DNA of 32,000 nt, from NCBI GenBank assembly GCA_018813815.1, contig JAHJAY010000041.1:1-32000 (forward strand), read 5' to 3'. Positions 24,332-32,000 of this stretch are shown here, in pieces. The DNA comes from Patescibacteria group bacterium (GTDB lineage Bacteria > Patescibacteriota > Microgenomatia > UBA1400 > JAHJAY01). The position numbers and the translations under genes were made by a program. Under the pieces are notes generated by a model. That model searched no databases. It was not told the DNA's origin and saw only the letters and a list, made by a program, of their open reading frames with translations. The first letter of the stretch is position 1. Each line of letters opens with the position of its first letter.

Positions 24332-25815
24332 GTAAACTAATAAAAAAGTACCCCAACCGCTCTCAGCGCTTTTTGGAAATATTACCCGGTGCTATTTCTT
24401 GGTTTCTCATTCTTTTCCCGATTTGGGGCTCACTGGTTATTCCTGTAGTTGTAGCTTATTACATTATTGCTTTTGATATTTATTGGCTCTATCAAAGTGT
24501 CTGGAGCAGTACTTTCTCGCTTTTAAGCTATTTAAAAATCGAAGCCTATAAACAATTTGACTGGCTCGGCGACACACAAAGCTTTCCTGATTGGGAAAAA
24601 ATCCACCATATTATCATTATTCCCACTTATAAAGAACCACTGGCCACCTTAAAACGCACTCTTAGGGCTTTAAAAAAACAAACCTTTCCCAAAAAAGCCA
24701 TAAGCGTGGTTGTTAGTTTTGAAACCCGCGAAGGCCAAGCAGCTAAAGAAAAAGCTTTGGCTCTCAAAAAAATCTTTAATAAAACTTTTGCCAATCTAAT
24801 CATTACTTTCCACCCTGACCTGCCCGGTGAACTCAAAGGTAAATCTTCCAATGTTGCTTGGGCCGCTAAATTAGCTAAACAAAAACTGATTGATGAACAA
24901 GGTTTAGATATTAAGTATTTAACCATCACCAGCGAAGATGCTGATGCCGTGCTTCACCCGCGCTACTTAGCCTGCTTAAGTTTTAAGTTCCTTGACGACC
25001 CTCAGCGTTATTACCGCATTTGGCAACCGGCCATCCAATATTACAACAATATCTGGCGCTTGCCGGCTATTTCCCGGGCTTATAACCGGATTTCTTCAGT
25101 TGTCCAAACCGGTGTGTTAATGCGTAAGGACCGCTTAATGAATTTTTCCACCTATTCCACCAGTTTAAAAATGGCGGATAAGATCGGCTATTGGGATACT
25201 GATGTTATTCCTGAAGACTACCGCTTTTTTTTCAAAGCTTTTTTCCGGCTTCAAGGTAAAGTTGAAGTTGAACCAATCTTTTTGCCGGTTTATACTGACG
25301 CGGCCGAATCAACTTCGTTTTTTAAAACCATTAAAAACCAGTATGAACAAGTTAAACGCTGGGCCTGGGGCGTAAGCGATGATGCCTATATTATAAAAAA
25401 CTGGATTCTGGCTAAAAATATTCCTTTTTGGGAAAAAACCACCCGCTCAGCCCATGTAATCAAAGACCATTTACTTTGGCCGGTTACCTGGTTTGCGATT
25501 ACTATTGGCGCTAATATTCCACCTTTAATCAACCAAGACTTTGCTCGTACCACTTTAGGCAAAACCCTGCCGCAAGTTTCTTCGGCAATTCTGACTTTAT
25601 GTTTAATCAGCATGCTGGCAATCATTTATGTTGATGCTAAGCAAAAACCTCAGCCTACAGAAAAAAGAGTCTGGTGGAAAAGATTATTTACCCCACTGGA
25701 GTTTGTGCTTTTACCAGTTGCCGGATTTTTGTTTACCGCCTTACCTGGTATTGATGCCCACACTCGCCTAATGCTCGGCCGTTATATTGAATATCGGGTC
25801 ACAGAAAAGGTATAG
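24325..25815 (+). CDS. Membrane-embedded GT2 glycosyltransferase with QxxRW motif (processive beta-glycan-synthase-like)
   Basis: N-terminal TMs, then IIIPTYKEP, TSEDADAV (DxD) and QVKRWAWG (QxxRW), then C-terminal TMs. Confidence 0.8.
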   Translation: MLSKLIKKYPNRSQRFLEILPGAISWFLILFPIWGSLVIPVVVAYYIIAFDIYWLYQSVWSSTFSLLSYLKIEAYKQFDWLGDTQSFPDWEKIHHIIIIPTYKEPLATLKRTLRALKKQTFPKKAISVVVSFETREGQAAKEKALALKKIFNKTFANLIITFHPDLPGELKGKSSNVAWAAKLAKQKLIDEQGLDIKYLTITSEDADAVLHPRYLACLSFKFLDDPQRYYRIWQPAIQYYNNIWRLPAISRAYNRISSVVQTGVLMRKDRLMNFSTYSTSLKMADKIGYWDTDVIPEDYRFFFKAFFRLQGKVEVEPIFLPVYTDAAESTSFFKTIKNQYEQVKRWAWGVSDDAYIIKNWILAKNIPFWEKTTRSAHVIKDHLLWPVTWFAITIGANIPPLINQDFARTTLGKTLPQVSSAILTLCLISMLAIIYVDAKQKPQPTEKRVWWKRLFTPLEFVLLPVAGFLFTALPGIDAHTRLMLGRYIEYRVTEKV

Positions 25816-25829
25816 TATAAGTAAGTAAT

Positions 25830-25850
25830 TAGTAACTAGTAATTAGTAAT
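25830..25850. repeat. Three tandem heptamers TAGTAAC TAGTAAT TAGTAAT (stops in all forward frames)
   Basis: Direct reading of 25830-25850, preceded by a degenerate GTAAGTAAT. Confidence 0.7.
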
Positions 25851-25861
25851 CTGTGATTATT

Positions 25862-26023
25862 GCTTGCTACCTGTTTTTAAAGTACGTCGCGAAGTGAGCC
25901 TAAAAACAGTAACGATTTAAAAAAATGGTTGGTGCGAACGGAGCGCTGAGTGAGTGCTTGAATTCAGCTTTCGTTTAATCACTTAACTGCACGAACATTA
26001 CTTTTAAAAATATGGTAGCAAGC
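25862..26023. ncRNA. Candidate structured RNA / structured 5' leader closed by a 10-bp perfect long-range helix
   Basis: GCTTGCTACC (25862-25871) pairs with GGTAGCAAGC (26014-26023). Hairpin TGTTTTTA (25872-25879) pairs with TAAAAACA (25901-25908). An imperfect 18-bp helix pairs 25916-25935 with 25989-26008 and encloses smaller hairpins (GAACG/CGTTT; GCTGA/TCAGC). No family recognised and the strand is undetermined. Confidence 0.35.
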
Positions 26024-26041
26024 TTTTAAACCAGAACAGCT

Positions 26042-27340
26042 ATGAACCAATTAACTACATCACTTTGGGGCGACGAAGCATTTACAGCAGTTGCCACTAT
26101 GGAAAATTTTTCCCGGATGATGGACGTTGTTCTCAAAGACACCCACCCGCCGCTTTATTATTTATTGCTTTTCCCCTGGATAAGAATTTTCGGCAGCTCT
26201 GAAGCAGCTATTAGAAGTTTATCGGTTTTGCTCTACCTGGGCACGCTCATCACAGTTTATTTCATTGCTCGACATTTAACCAATAATAAAAAAACCGCCT
26301 GGTTAGCCACCCTGCTCACTTTAGCTAATCCGTTTTTATTCACTTTTGCTTTTGAAAGCCGGATGTATATGATTATGGTCTTTTTTGTCACTTTGTCATT
26401 TTATTTTTTAGCCAAAAAGCAACTCTGGGGTCATGTTTTGACGGCAGCGGCAGCCATGTATTCCCAACATTATGCGGCTCTGGTTATTGTCTGGCAATTT
26501 TTTTGGCAGCTATTCACCACACCTAACTTTAAAAAAAACTGGCTGAAAATCTTTAAGCCTTATTTACTTATCAGCTTGCTTTATTTGCCTTGGCTTTATC
26601 CTTTATACCGCCAGGTTACCATGGTCTCCGGCGGATTCTGGCTGGGCCGGCCCCAGTTTAAAGATCTTGTGACTCTTTACTTTAAATACACTGGCGGTGG
26701 AGAAGTTTTTCCATGGCAAAAATATTTACCCTTATTGGCTATTGGTCTTTTAGTTCTCAAAAATTGGCGCCAACAACTCAAAAACAATCTCTTTTTACTT
26801 GGCTGGGTAGTTGCCCCGGCTCTGCTGGCTTATGTTGTTTCGCTTGGTAAAACCTCAATTTTTTATGACCGTTATTTAATTTTTATTATTCCCGGTCTAG
26901 CCATACTTTTAGCCAGTGGCAGACGCAAATTTTCTTTAGCCTTAATAACTATCCTCAGCTTAGCTTTATTAATAATTAACTATCATTATTTTACCCACCC
27001 AACCAAACGGCCCTTTAAAGAGTTAGCCCAATACATTAAGCAACAAATACAAACCGATGATTATTTAATTAATTACAATGGCAGCGCTCACCATATCTGG
27101 GAAACTAAATACTACGGCTTAACTGCTCCGATTTATGTGCCTGAAGGCGAATTGCCTTATTATGTTGGCACTGCGCAAATGACCCCAAAAGATACTGTCG
27201 CTCAACTGCCGGATAAACGCCGAATTGGAGTTATCGGCAGCGTTGAACCTGAATCAATGGTTGTGTTTAATTATCAATTAGATACTTATAAAAAATTCGG
27301 CCCTTTATCATTCTCTTGGTTTATTAAAAATGAAGATTAA
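26042..27340 (+). CDS. GT-C-fold membrane glycosyltransferase (ArnT/PMT_2-like), apparently lacking the usual first TM helix
   Basis: Begins MNQLTTSLWGDEAFTAVAT, so it starts directly at the first-loop DE motif, followed by THPPLYYLL and more than 10 TM segments. An in-frame TAA at 26027-26029 blocks any N-terminal extension. Confidence 0.8.
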   Translation: MNQLTTSLWGDEAFTAVATMENFSRMMDVVLKDTHPPLYYLLLFPWIRIFGSSEAAIRSLSVLLYLGTLITVYFIARHLTNNKKTAWLATLLTLANPFLFTFAFESRMYMIMVFFVTLSFYFLAKKQLWGHVLTAAAAMYSQHYAALVIVWQFFWQLFTTPNFKKNWLKIFKPYLLISLLYLPWLYPLYRQVTMVSGGFWLGRPQFKDLVTLYFKYTGGGEVFPWQKYLPLLAIGLLVLKNWRQQLKNNLFLLGWVVAPALLAYVVSLGKTSIFYDRYLIFIIPGLAILLASGRRKFSLALITILSLALLIINYHYFTHPTKRPFKELAQYIKQQIQTDDYLINYNGSAHHIWETKYYGLTAPIYVPEGELPYYVGTAQMTPKDTVAQLPDKRRIGVIGSVEPESMVVFNYQLDTYKKFGPLSFSWFIKNED

Positions 27341-28784
27341 AAAGCGTGTCAATTTATTTATCACTTTAATCATTGCGGCTAATTTATTGCTTCGTCTGCC
27401 GGCGCTTTGGGAACCGACTTCTTATGGTGATGAATGTATTTATCTTGCCCTTGGACAAGCTTTAAGAAAGGGTCTGGTTTTTTACCGCGATATCCACGAC
27501 AACAAACCACCCCTGCTTTATCTAATAGCCGGTTTAGCTGGCGGCAAATTGTTTTATTTCCGGATTGTCAGTGTTTTATGGAACACCTTAAACATTTGGT
27601 TAATCGCCCTGTTGACTAGTAAGTTAACTAAAAAACCCTGGGCGCCGGTTTTAACCGCCGGTTTATTTCTAATCTTTTCCCTTTTACCTGAAGGCTGGGT
27701 TGCTAATGGTGAGCTCTTTATGATTATGCCGGCAACTTTAGGCGTTTATCTGGCTTTGATTGCCCAAGAAAAAAAATCAGCCTGGCCTTGGTTTGCAAGC
27801 GGTTTTTGCTTTAGCCTGGCTTTTCTTTTTAAAATTCCGGTTGCTTTTGATTTTGCCGGTTTTTTCTTCGCTTTGTTGATTTTTAAATTTAAAGGCATAA
27901 AAAGTCTGCTTCAGCTCAGTAAACAAAAATGGCCCTATTTGCTTTTAGCCGGTTTTGTATTACCGATTGCCCTGTCAATTGTTTATTATGCCCAAAAAGG
28001 CGCTTTTACCCCCTATGTCCGCTCTGCTTTGATGCAAAATATTGGTTATCTTTCTTCTTGGAACGGAGGCGGTAATAATGGTCTTTATCAACGGGCATTC
28101 ATTCTGGTATTGGTAACTGCTTTAATCTACCGCTGGCGCCAACAACTGGGTTTCAGCTTTGTCATCATCAGCCTAACTTTGGGTTTTAGTCTTTATGGTG
28201 TGTTTCTTTCTGAGCGACCCTATCCTCATTATTTAATTGAAGCCGCCCCTTGGGCAGCCTTAACCTTAGGTTTACTTTTAACTCAAATCAACACTAAAAA
28301 ATTAATTATCACTACTTTATTAACTTTTCTGATTTTGGCCGGAGTAAATAAATTTAATTTTTGGTGGTATCCAATCATGCCTTATTATCGTAATTTTATT
28401 GATTTTGCTTTACTGGGTAAAATCAGTCAACAACAATATTTCCGCTATTTTGGTCAAGCTAGCCTGGACGATTACCAATTGGCTAAAGAGCTTAAAAGCA
28501 TAACCCGTCCCGATGAGCCGGTTTTTATTTGGGGAGACTCGGCCTGCGCTTATGCTTTATCAGAAAGGATTCCGGTGGGCCGCTATACGGTTGCTTATCA
28601 CATTAAAGACTTTGATGCTTTTAACGCCACTCTTCAAGCTCTGGAAAAACACCAGCCCACCTATATTATTAAGCTCAATGATGAACACACTGAATTTCCT
28701 CAGTTGGACGCTTTTTTGGCCAGTCATTATGTTTTCAGTCAACAACTTAATCGCGCCTTAGTGTATCATCGGATTTCACCATGA
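27330..28784 (+). CDS. GT-C-fold membrane glycosyltransferase (ArnT/PMT_2-like)
   Basis: TM1 (LFITLIIAANLLLRL) followed by YGDECIYLALGQAL and HDNKPPLLY, with many TM segments. Overlaps the upstream gene by 11 nt. Confidence 0.85.
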   Translation: MKIKKRVNLFITLIIAANLLLRLPALWEPTSYGDECIYLALGQALRKGLVFYRDIHDNKPPLLYLIAGLAGGKLFYFRIVSVLWNTLNIWLIALLTSKLTKKPWAPVLTAGLFLIFSLLPEGWVANGELFMIMPATLGVYLALIAQEKKSAWPWFASGFCFSLAFLFKIPVAFDFAGFFFALLIFKFKGIKSLLQLSKQKWPYLLLAGFVLPIALSIVYYAQKGAFTPYVRSALMQNIGYLSSWNGGGNNGLYQRAFILVLVTALIYRWRQQLGFSFVIISLTLGFSLYGVFLSERPYPHYLIEAAPWAALTLGLLLTQINTKKLIITTLLTFLILAGVNKFNFWWYPIMPYYRNFIDFALLGKISQQQYFRYFGQASLDDYQLAKELKSITRPDEPVFIWGDSACAYALSERIPVGRYTVAYHIKDFDAFNATLQALEKHQPTYIIKLNDEHTEFPQLDAFLASHYVFSQQLNRALVYHRISP

Positions 28785-29188
28785 AAAAAACCCAGCTCCG
28801 GTTTACAAATCTGCCTAATTCAACCTTTTCTCAAACCAAAGAAGAAGTCGATCATCTCTTGGGGGAAAAATCAATTAAAAAGGTGGTTAAGGCTATTTTA
28901 ATCATCAATGTTTTAATCATCGGGTTCTTAATAGTTGTCTGGCCTAAACTACCGCCTGAAGTGCCGTTATTTTATAGCCGCCCATGGGGAGAGCCTCAAT
29001 TGGCCAAAAAAACTGAGCTTTGGTTATTGTCGGCCAGCGGCTGGACTTTAACTTTAATCAATCTTAAAATTAGCAGTAAAATTTTTGCCCGGCACCAGAC
29101 TTTAACCCTAGCTCTGATTTGGAGCAACCTCGTCGGCGTCTTACTCGCCAGTATCGCCTTAATTGAAATCGTCTTACTCGCCACCTAA
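28781..29188 (+). CDS. Small membrane protein (135 aa, about 3 TM), unknown function
   Basis: ATGA overlap with the upstream stop. Hydrophobic segments VVKAILIINVLIIGFLIVVW, LWLLSASGWTLTLINL and LALIWSNLVGVLLASIALIEIVLL. Confidence 0.6.
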   Translation: MKKTQLRFTNLPNSTFSQTKEEVDHLLGEKSIKKVVKAILIINVLIIGFLIVVWPKLPPEVPLFYSRPWGEPQLAKKTELWLLSASGWTLTLINLKISSKIFARHQTLTLALIWSNLVGVLLASIALIEIVLLAT

Positions 29189-29189
29189 C

Positions 29190-30284
29190 ATGAACATAAC
29201 CACCTGGCTTTTAGTCTTTGGCTCTGCTCTAGTTTTAAGCTGGCTAACTACCCGGCTGACTATTTGGTTTTATCGACAGCGCGGTTGGCTAGACGACCCA
29301 CAAACAGGCAAGCGCAACAATATCACTCATCAAACTCCAGTACCCCGCGGCGGCGGCCTGCCGATTTTTATTACTGTTAGCTTATTAAGTCTGGTCTTTT
29401 TGACACCGGACAAACACTTGATTGGTATTCTGCTCGGTGCTTTGGTCTTAACTATTGTCGGCGTGCTGGATGATATTTTTAACCTCAGTCCCTATCTGCG
29501 CTTACCCTTACTTTTTGTTGCCGCCGGTATTGTCGTTGCCGCCGGCATTGGTATCCCTTTTATCAGCAACCCTTTTCAAGCCAATCAAATCATTCAGCTC
29601 AATCAGCCCCAAATCCCCATTTATTTATTTAATAAGCTTCGGACAATTTGGCTCTGGGCTGATCTTTTTGCTTTAGTCTGGATTGTCGGCTGTATGAATT
29701 TTATTAACTGGTCTAAAGGGTTAGATGGTCAATTACCCGGAATTGTAGTGATTGCCGCTTTAACCATTGCCGTTTTAAGCTTACGTTTCAGCGCTGATAT
29801 TACTCAATGGCCGGTTATCATTTTGGCCCTTTTAGTAGCCGGCGCTTATTTGGGGTTTTTACCTTGGAATTTTTACCCTCAAAAAATCATGCCCGGCTAT
29901 GGCGGCGGCATTTTAGGCGGGTTTTTCTTAGCGGTTTTGTCTATTCTCGCCACTGCCAAAGTCGGCACCTTAACCGTGGTGCTTGGAGTTCCCTTAATTG
30001 ATGCCGGCTGGGTAATCTTTCGACGTTTGAAAAATAAACAAATGCCGGTTTGGGGTGATCGCGGCCATTTACATCATCGACTCTTAGCTGCCGGATGGGG
30101 CAAAAGACGTGTCGCTTTATTCTACTGGATAATTACTGCTTTACTTGGCTGGCTAGCTTTGAATTTGAATCCTAATCAAAAATTCTTTACAATTATCCTA
30201 CTCACCTGCTTGATTGGAGCTTTAATTATATGGTTAAAACACTTAACCTTTTGGCAAAAACTGTCCGACCGCGACAGTGGGTAA
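29190..30284 (+). CDS. Polyprenyl-phosphate HexNAc-1-phosphate transferase (MraY/WecA GT4 family)
   Basis: VLDDIFNL, MNFINWSKGLDGQ (NxxNxxDGxDG-type) and 10-11 TM segments. ATG 29190 lies 1 nt after the upstream stop and is preferred over TTG 29163. Confidence 0.88.
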   Translation: MNITTWLLVFGSALVLSWLTTRLTIWFYRQRGWLDDPQTGKRNNITHQTPVPRGGGLPIFITVSLLSLVFLTPDKHLIGILLGALVLTIVGVLDDIFNLSPYLRLPLLFVAAGIVVAAGIGIPFISNPFQANQIIQLNQPQIPIYLFNKLRTIWLWADLFALVWIVGCMNFINWSKGLDGQLPGIVVIAALTIAVLSLRFSADITQWPVIILALLVAGAYLGFLPWNFYPQKIMPGYGGGILGGFFLAVLSILATAKVGTLTVVLGVPLIDAGWVIFRRLKNKQMPVWGDRGHLHHRLLAAGWGKRRVALFYWIITALLGWLALNLNPNQKFFTIILLTCLIGALIIWLKHLTFWQKLSDRDSG

Positions 30285-31168
30285 AAAATCTCGCTCTTTA
30301 TACGGGCCTGGTTCTTACTGGCCAACTGTTTAATTCAACTAAACTGGTTCAAGTCAGTTTAGCCGTGGTTTATTTCACTTTATTAAGCGCTACTATTTAT
30401 ATTTTTAATGACATTTTAGATATTAAAGCGGATAAAAAACACCCGTTTAAAAAACACCGGCCAATTGCGGCTGGCGAACTACCCATTCCCGTAGCCTTAT
30501 TTTTTGGACTCAGCGGAGTAATTATCAGTCTTTATTTAATGGTTCAGCTGGGTTGGTTTTATTTTTTCATTGGCCTAACTTATTTGATTTTCCAGCTTGG
30601 CTACAGTCTGTGGTTAAAACACGTGCCTATTTTGGATGTGCTCATGATTGCCAGTGGTTTTATTCTCCGGGTTTATGCCGGCGCCGTAGTGATTGACGCC
30701 CATATCAATGCCTGGCTGTTGTTGTGTATTATTTCTTTTTCTTTATTTTTGGCAGTGGGTAAAAGACGCGGCGAATTAACCTTGCTCAGCGGACAAGCCA
30801 TTGCCGTTAACCAATCAAGAAAAGTTTTAGCTCACTATAGCAATCAACTGCTGGATGTTTATTGCGGGATGTTTGCTAATAGCAGTTGGTTAACCTGGAC
30901 GCTTTATACTTTTGTTCAGCCGCCAATTATTATCGAACGCCACCGCTTAATTAATTTATTTACTGCTTTACCCCGAACTTTTTATTCAGAAAAATGGCTG
31001 ATGTTAACCATTCCTTTGGTAATTTATGGCGTAATGCGCTATTTACAGCTGGTTTATGAAAACAACCAAGGGGAATCACCGGAAAGAATTCTTTTATCTG
31101 ATCGGCCACTAATCGGCACTATTGTTATTTGGGTGGGTTTAATTATCGCCATCATCTACCTAATCTAA
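30230..31168 (+). CDS. UbiA-superfamily prenyl-phosphate phosphoribosyltransferase (decaprenyl-phosphate PRPP transferase-like)
   Basis: RPRQWVKNL, NDILDIKADKKHPFKKHRPIAAGEL and 8-9 TM segments. Overlaps the upstream gene by 55 nt. Confidence 0.8.
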   Translation: MVKTLNLLAKTVRPRQWVKNLALYTGLVLTGQLFNSTKLVQVSLAVVYFTLLSATIYIFNDILDIKADKKHPFKKHRPIAAGELPIPVALFFGLSGVIISLYLMVQLGWFYFFIGLTYLIFQLGYSLWLKHVPILDVLMIASGFILRVYAGAVVIDAHINAWLLLCIISFSLFLAVGKRRGELTLLSGQAIAVNQSRKVLAHYSNQLLDVYCGMFANSSWLTWTLYTFVQPPIIIERHRLINLFTALPRTFYSEKWLMLTIPLVIYGVMRYLQLVYENNQGESPERILLSDRPLIGTIVIWVGLIIAIIYLI

Positions 31169-31170
31169 AA

Positions 31171-32000
31171 TTACTCATACTTTTCTGCATACCGTCCGGA
31201 AATCCAGCCTTGAGTACTAATATCATATTGTATCTGATACCAACCCGCTTCATCAGTATCTAACAGCTGATAGCGCTCGCCGTGATTGGCTTTAGCAATT
31301 TCCTCACATTCAGGATCACCATCTGCAATACAGGGATTTTTTCTGACCCGCACCCAGCCAATATCCGGACTGTCAATTTCCACAAAGGGCCGCTCCAGCT
31401 CATCAGTTATTTCAGCTGAAGTTTTTGGAGTTGGACTAGGCGTAATTGTTATTGTTGTTTTAGCCGAAGGAGTAGCTTCTTCGGCTGAAGGAGTGGCTTC
31501 TCCATCTTCAGCCATTTCCGGCACTGGTTCAATTCCCAACTGCACGCTAATAACCAAACGGTAACCCATAATGGTTTTAGCTTTAATCTCTCTTTCCTGA
31601 TAACCGGGTAAAGAAACAATAATGAAATGGTCGCCTTCAGTTATATCGCTTAAATTCATTGGCGCAAAGCCTCGAGGTTCACCATCCAAGCTAACCACAG
31701 CCCCGTCCGGCCGGCTGACTAAAACAATTTCAGCCTGTTTTTTATTGCTCGTCGCCTCAAGGGTAAGCATTTCTCCGGCTGATTCATCTTCACTGGCACC
31801 AAAAGTCCGGTTAACAACTGTTAATACGCTCTTACTTAAACTCACCCGGCTTTCCCAGGGAGACAACAACACTTCACCTGACTCAGGTACCAATTTAAGG
31901 GTGTATTCGCCGGGTTTTAATTCTTCATTAAAAAACGGCGTCGTACCCCTATGTTCACCGTCAATAAAAACAGTTGCCTGAGGCGTCGTGGTTACTTGAA
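31171..32000 (-). CDS. PEGA-domain + C-terminal SH3b-like domain envelope protein (5' end outside window)
   Basis: The minus frame stays open to base 32000 (...QVTTTPQATVFIDGEHRGTTPFFNEELKPGEYTLKLVPESGE...), so the TTG at 31893 is internal. There are two PEGA-like units (VFIDGEHRGTTPF...GEYTLKL; VVSLDGEPRGFAPMNL...GDHFIIVSLPGY). A Pro/Thr/Ser linker with duplicated ATPSAEE/ATPSAK follows, then an SH3b-like GWVRVRKNP...GERYQLL...GWYQIQYD...GWISGRY. Confidence 0.8.
   Translation of the reverse strand, partial: QVTTTPQATVFIDGEHRGTTPFFNEELKPGEYTLKLVPESGEVLLSPWESRVSLSKSVLTVVNRTFGASEDESAGEMLTLEATSNKKQAEIVLVSRPDGAVVSLDGEPRGFAPMNLSDITEGDHFIIVSLPGYQEREIKAKTIMGYRLVISVQLGIEPVPEMAEDGEATPSAEEATPSAKTTITITPSPTPKTSAEITDELERPFVEIDSPDIGWVRVRKNPCIADGDPECEEIAKANHGERYQLLDTDEAGWYQIQYDISTQGWISGRYAEKYE

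Noticed and set aside
25925-25978. 17-codon ORF (MVGANGALSECLNSAFV) inside the 226-nt intergenic region
   Set aside because: It has no SD and no -10 box at leaderless distance. The sequence is better explained by base-paired helices.
25816-26041. Cluster of 6-bp palindromes (ACTAGT, TCGCGA, AGCGCT, GAATTC, AAGCTT, several TTTAAA) plus a multi-frame stop block, suggesting a synthetic polylinker or vector scar
   Set aside because: The sites are dispersed rather than contiguous. They lie within the GC-rich segments and predicted helices, and the flanks are continuous native-looking genes. A natural structured element is more parsimonious, though contamination cannot be excluded without the reads.
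1-32000. Search for tRNA/rRNA genes, CRISPR arrays, transposases, integrases, prophage genes and intrinsic terminators
   Set aside because: By eye I found no T-loop/cloverleaf candidates, no spaced direct repeats, no recombinase-like ORFs and no hairpin-plus-U-tract terminators. Covariance-model and terminator software would be needed to be definitive.

Overview
Compact, about 40% GC, standard-code (TGA = stop) bacterial window. Genes are tightly packed and often overlap, and there are no rRNA, tRNA, CRISPR or transposase genes. Gene content suggests a small-genome, CPR/Patescibacteria-like organism; that placement is inference. It includes many GT-C membrane glycosyltransferases, tandem FemAB genes, LCP, PEGA/SH3 and LPXTG-like surface proteins, and minimal housekeeping genes. 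There are three blocks. (1) Bases 1-10.8 kb hold envelope genes: a PT-rich sortase-type surface protein, a tandem GT-C fusion, DUF2298/YYY, LCP, a short UvrD and two FemAB genes. (2) Bases 10.8-19.5 kb are the most unusual part. A single-polypeptide [NiFe]-hydrogenase fuses a truncated small subunit to the large subunit and ends exactly at the DPCxxCxxH histidine. It converges on a minus-strand operon led by an unannotated 18-codon Cys-rich micro-ORF (MSGCGGCGPCKPKPKPDK), followed by hypC, a DMT transporter and a Cys/His-rich unknown. Upstream on the same strand lies an rmuC and UvrD-Cas4-like helicase-nuclease operon that ends in two compositionally distinct unknown genes. (3) Bases 19.5-32 kb hold housekeeping genes (TrpR-like, metG, nitroreductase, tatD) and a glycopolymer cluster: a QxxRW GT2 synthase, two GT-C genes, a WecA-like gene and a UbiA DPPR-synthase-like gene. 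That cluster is interrupted by the only long intergenic region (226 nt), which is strongly structured. Across the window, operon-leading genes carry TGnTAnnnT-N6-ATG, which implies leaderless mRNAs. Shine-Dalgarno motifs are essentially confined to the hypC operon.
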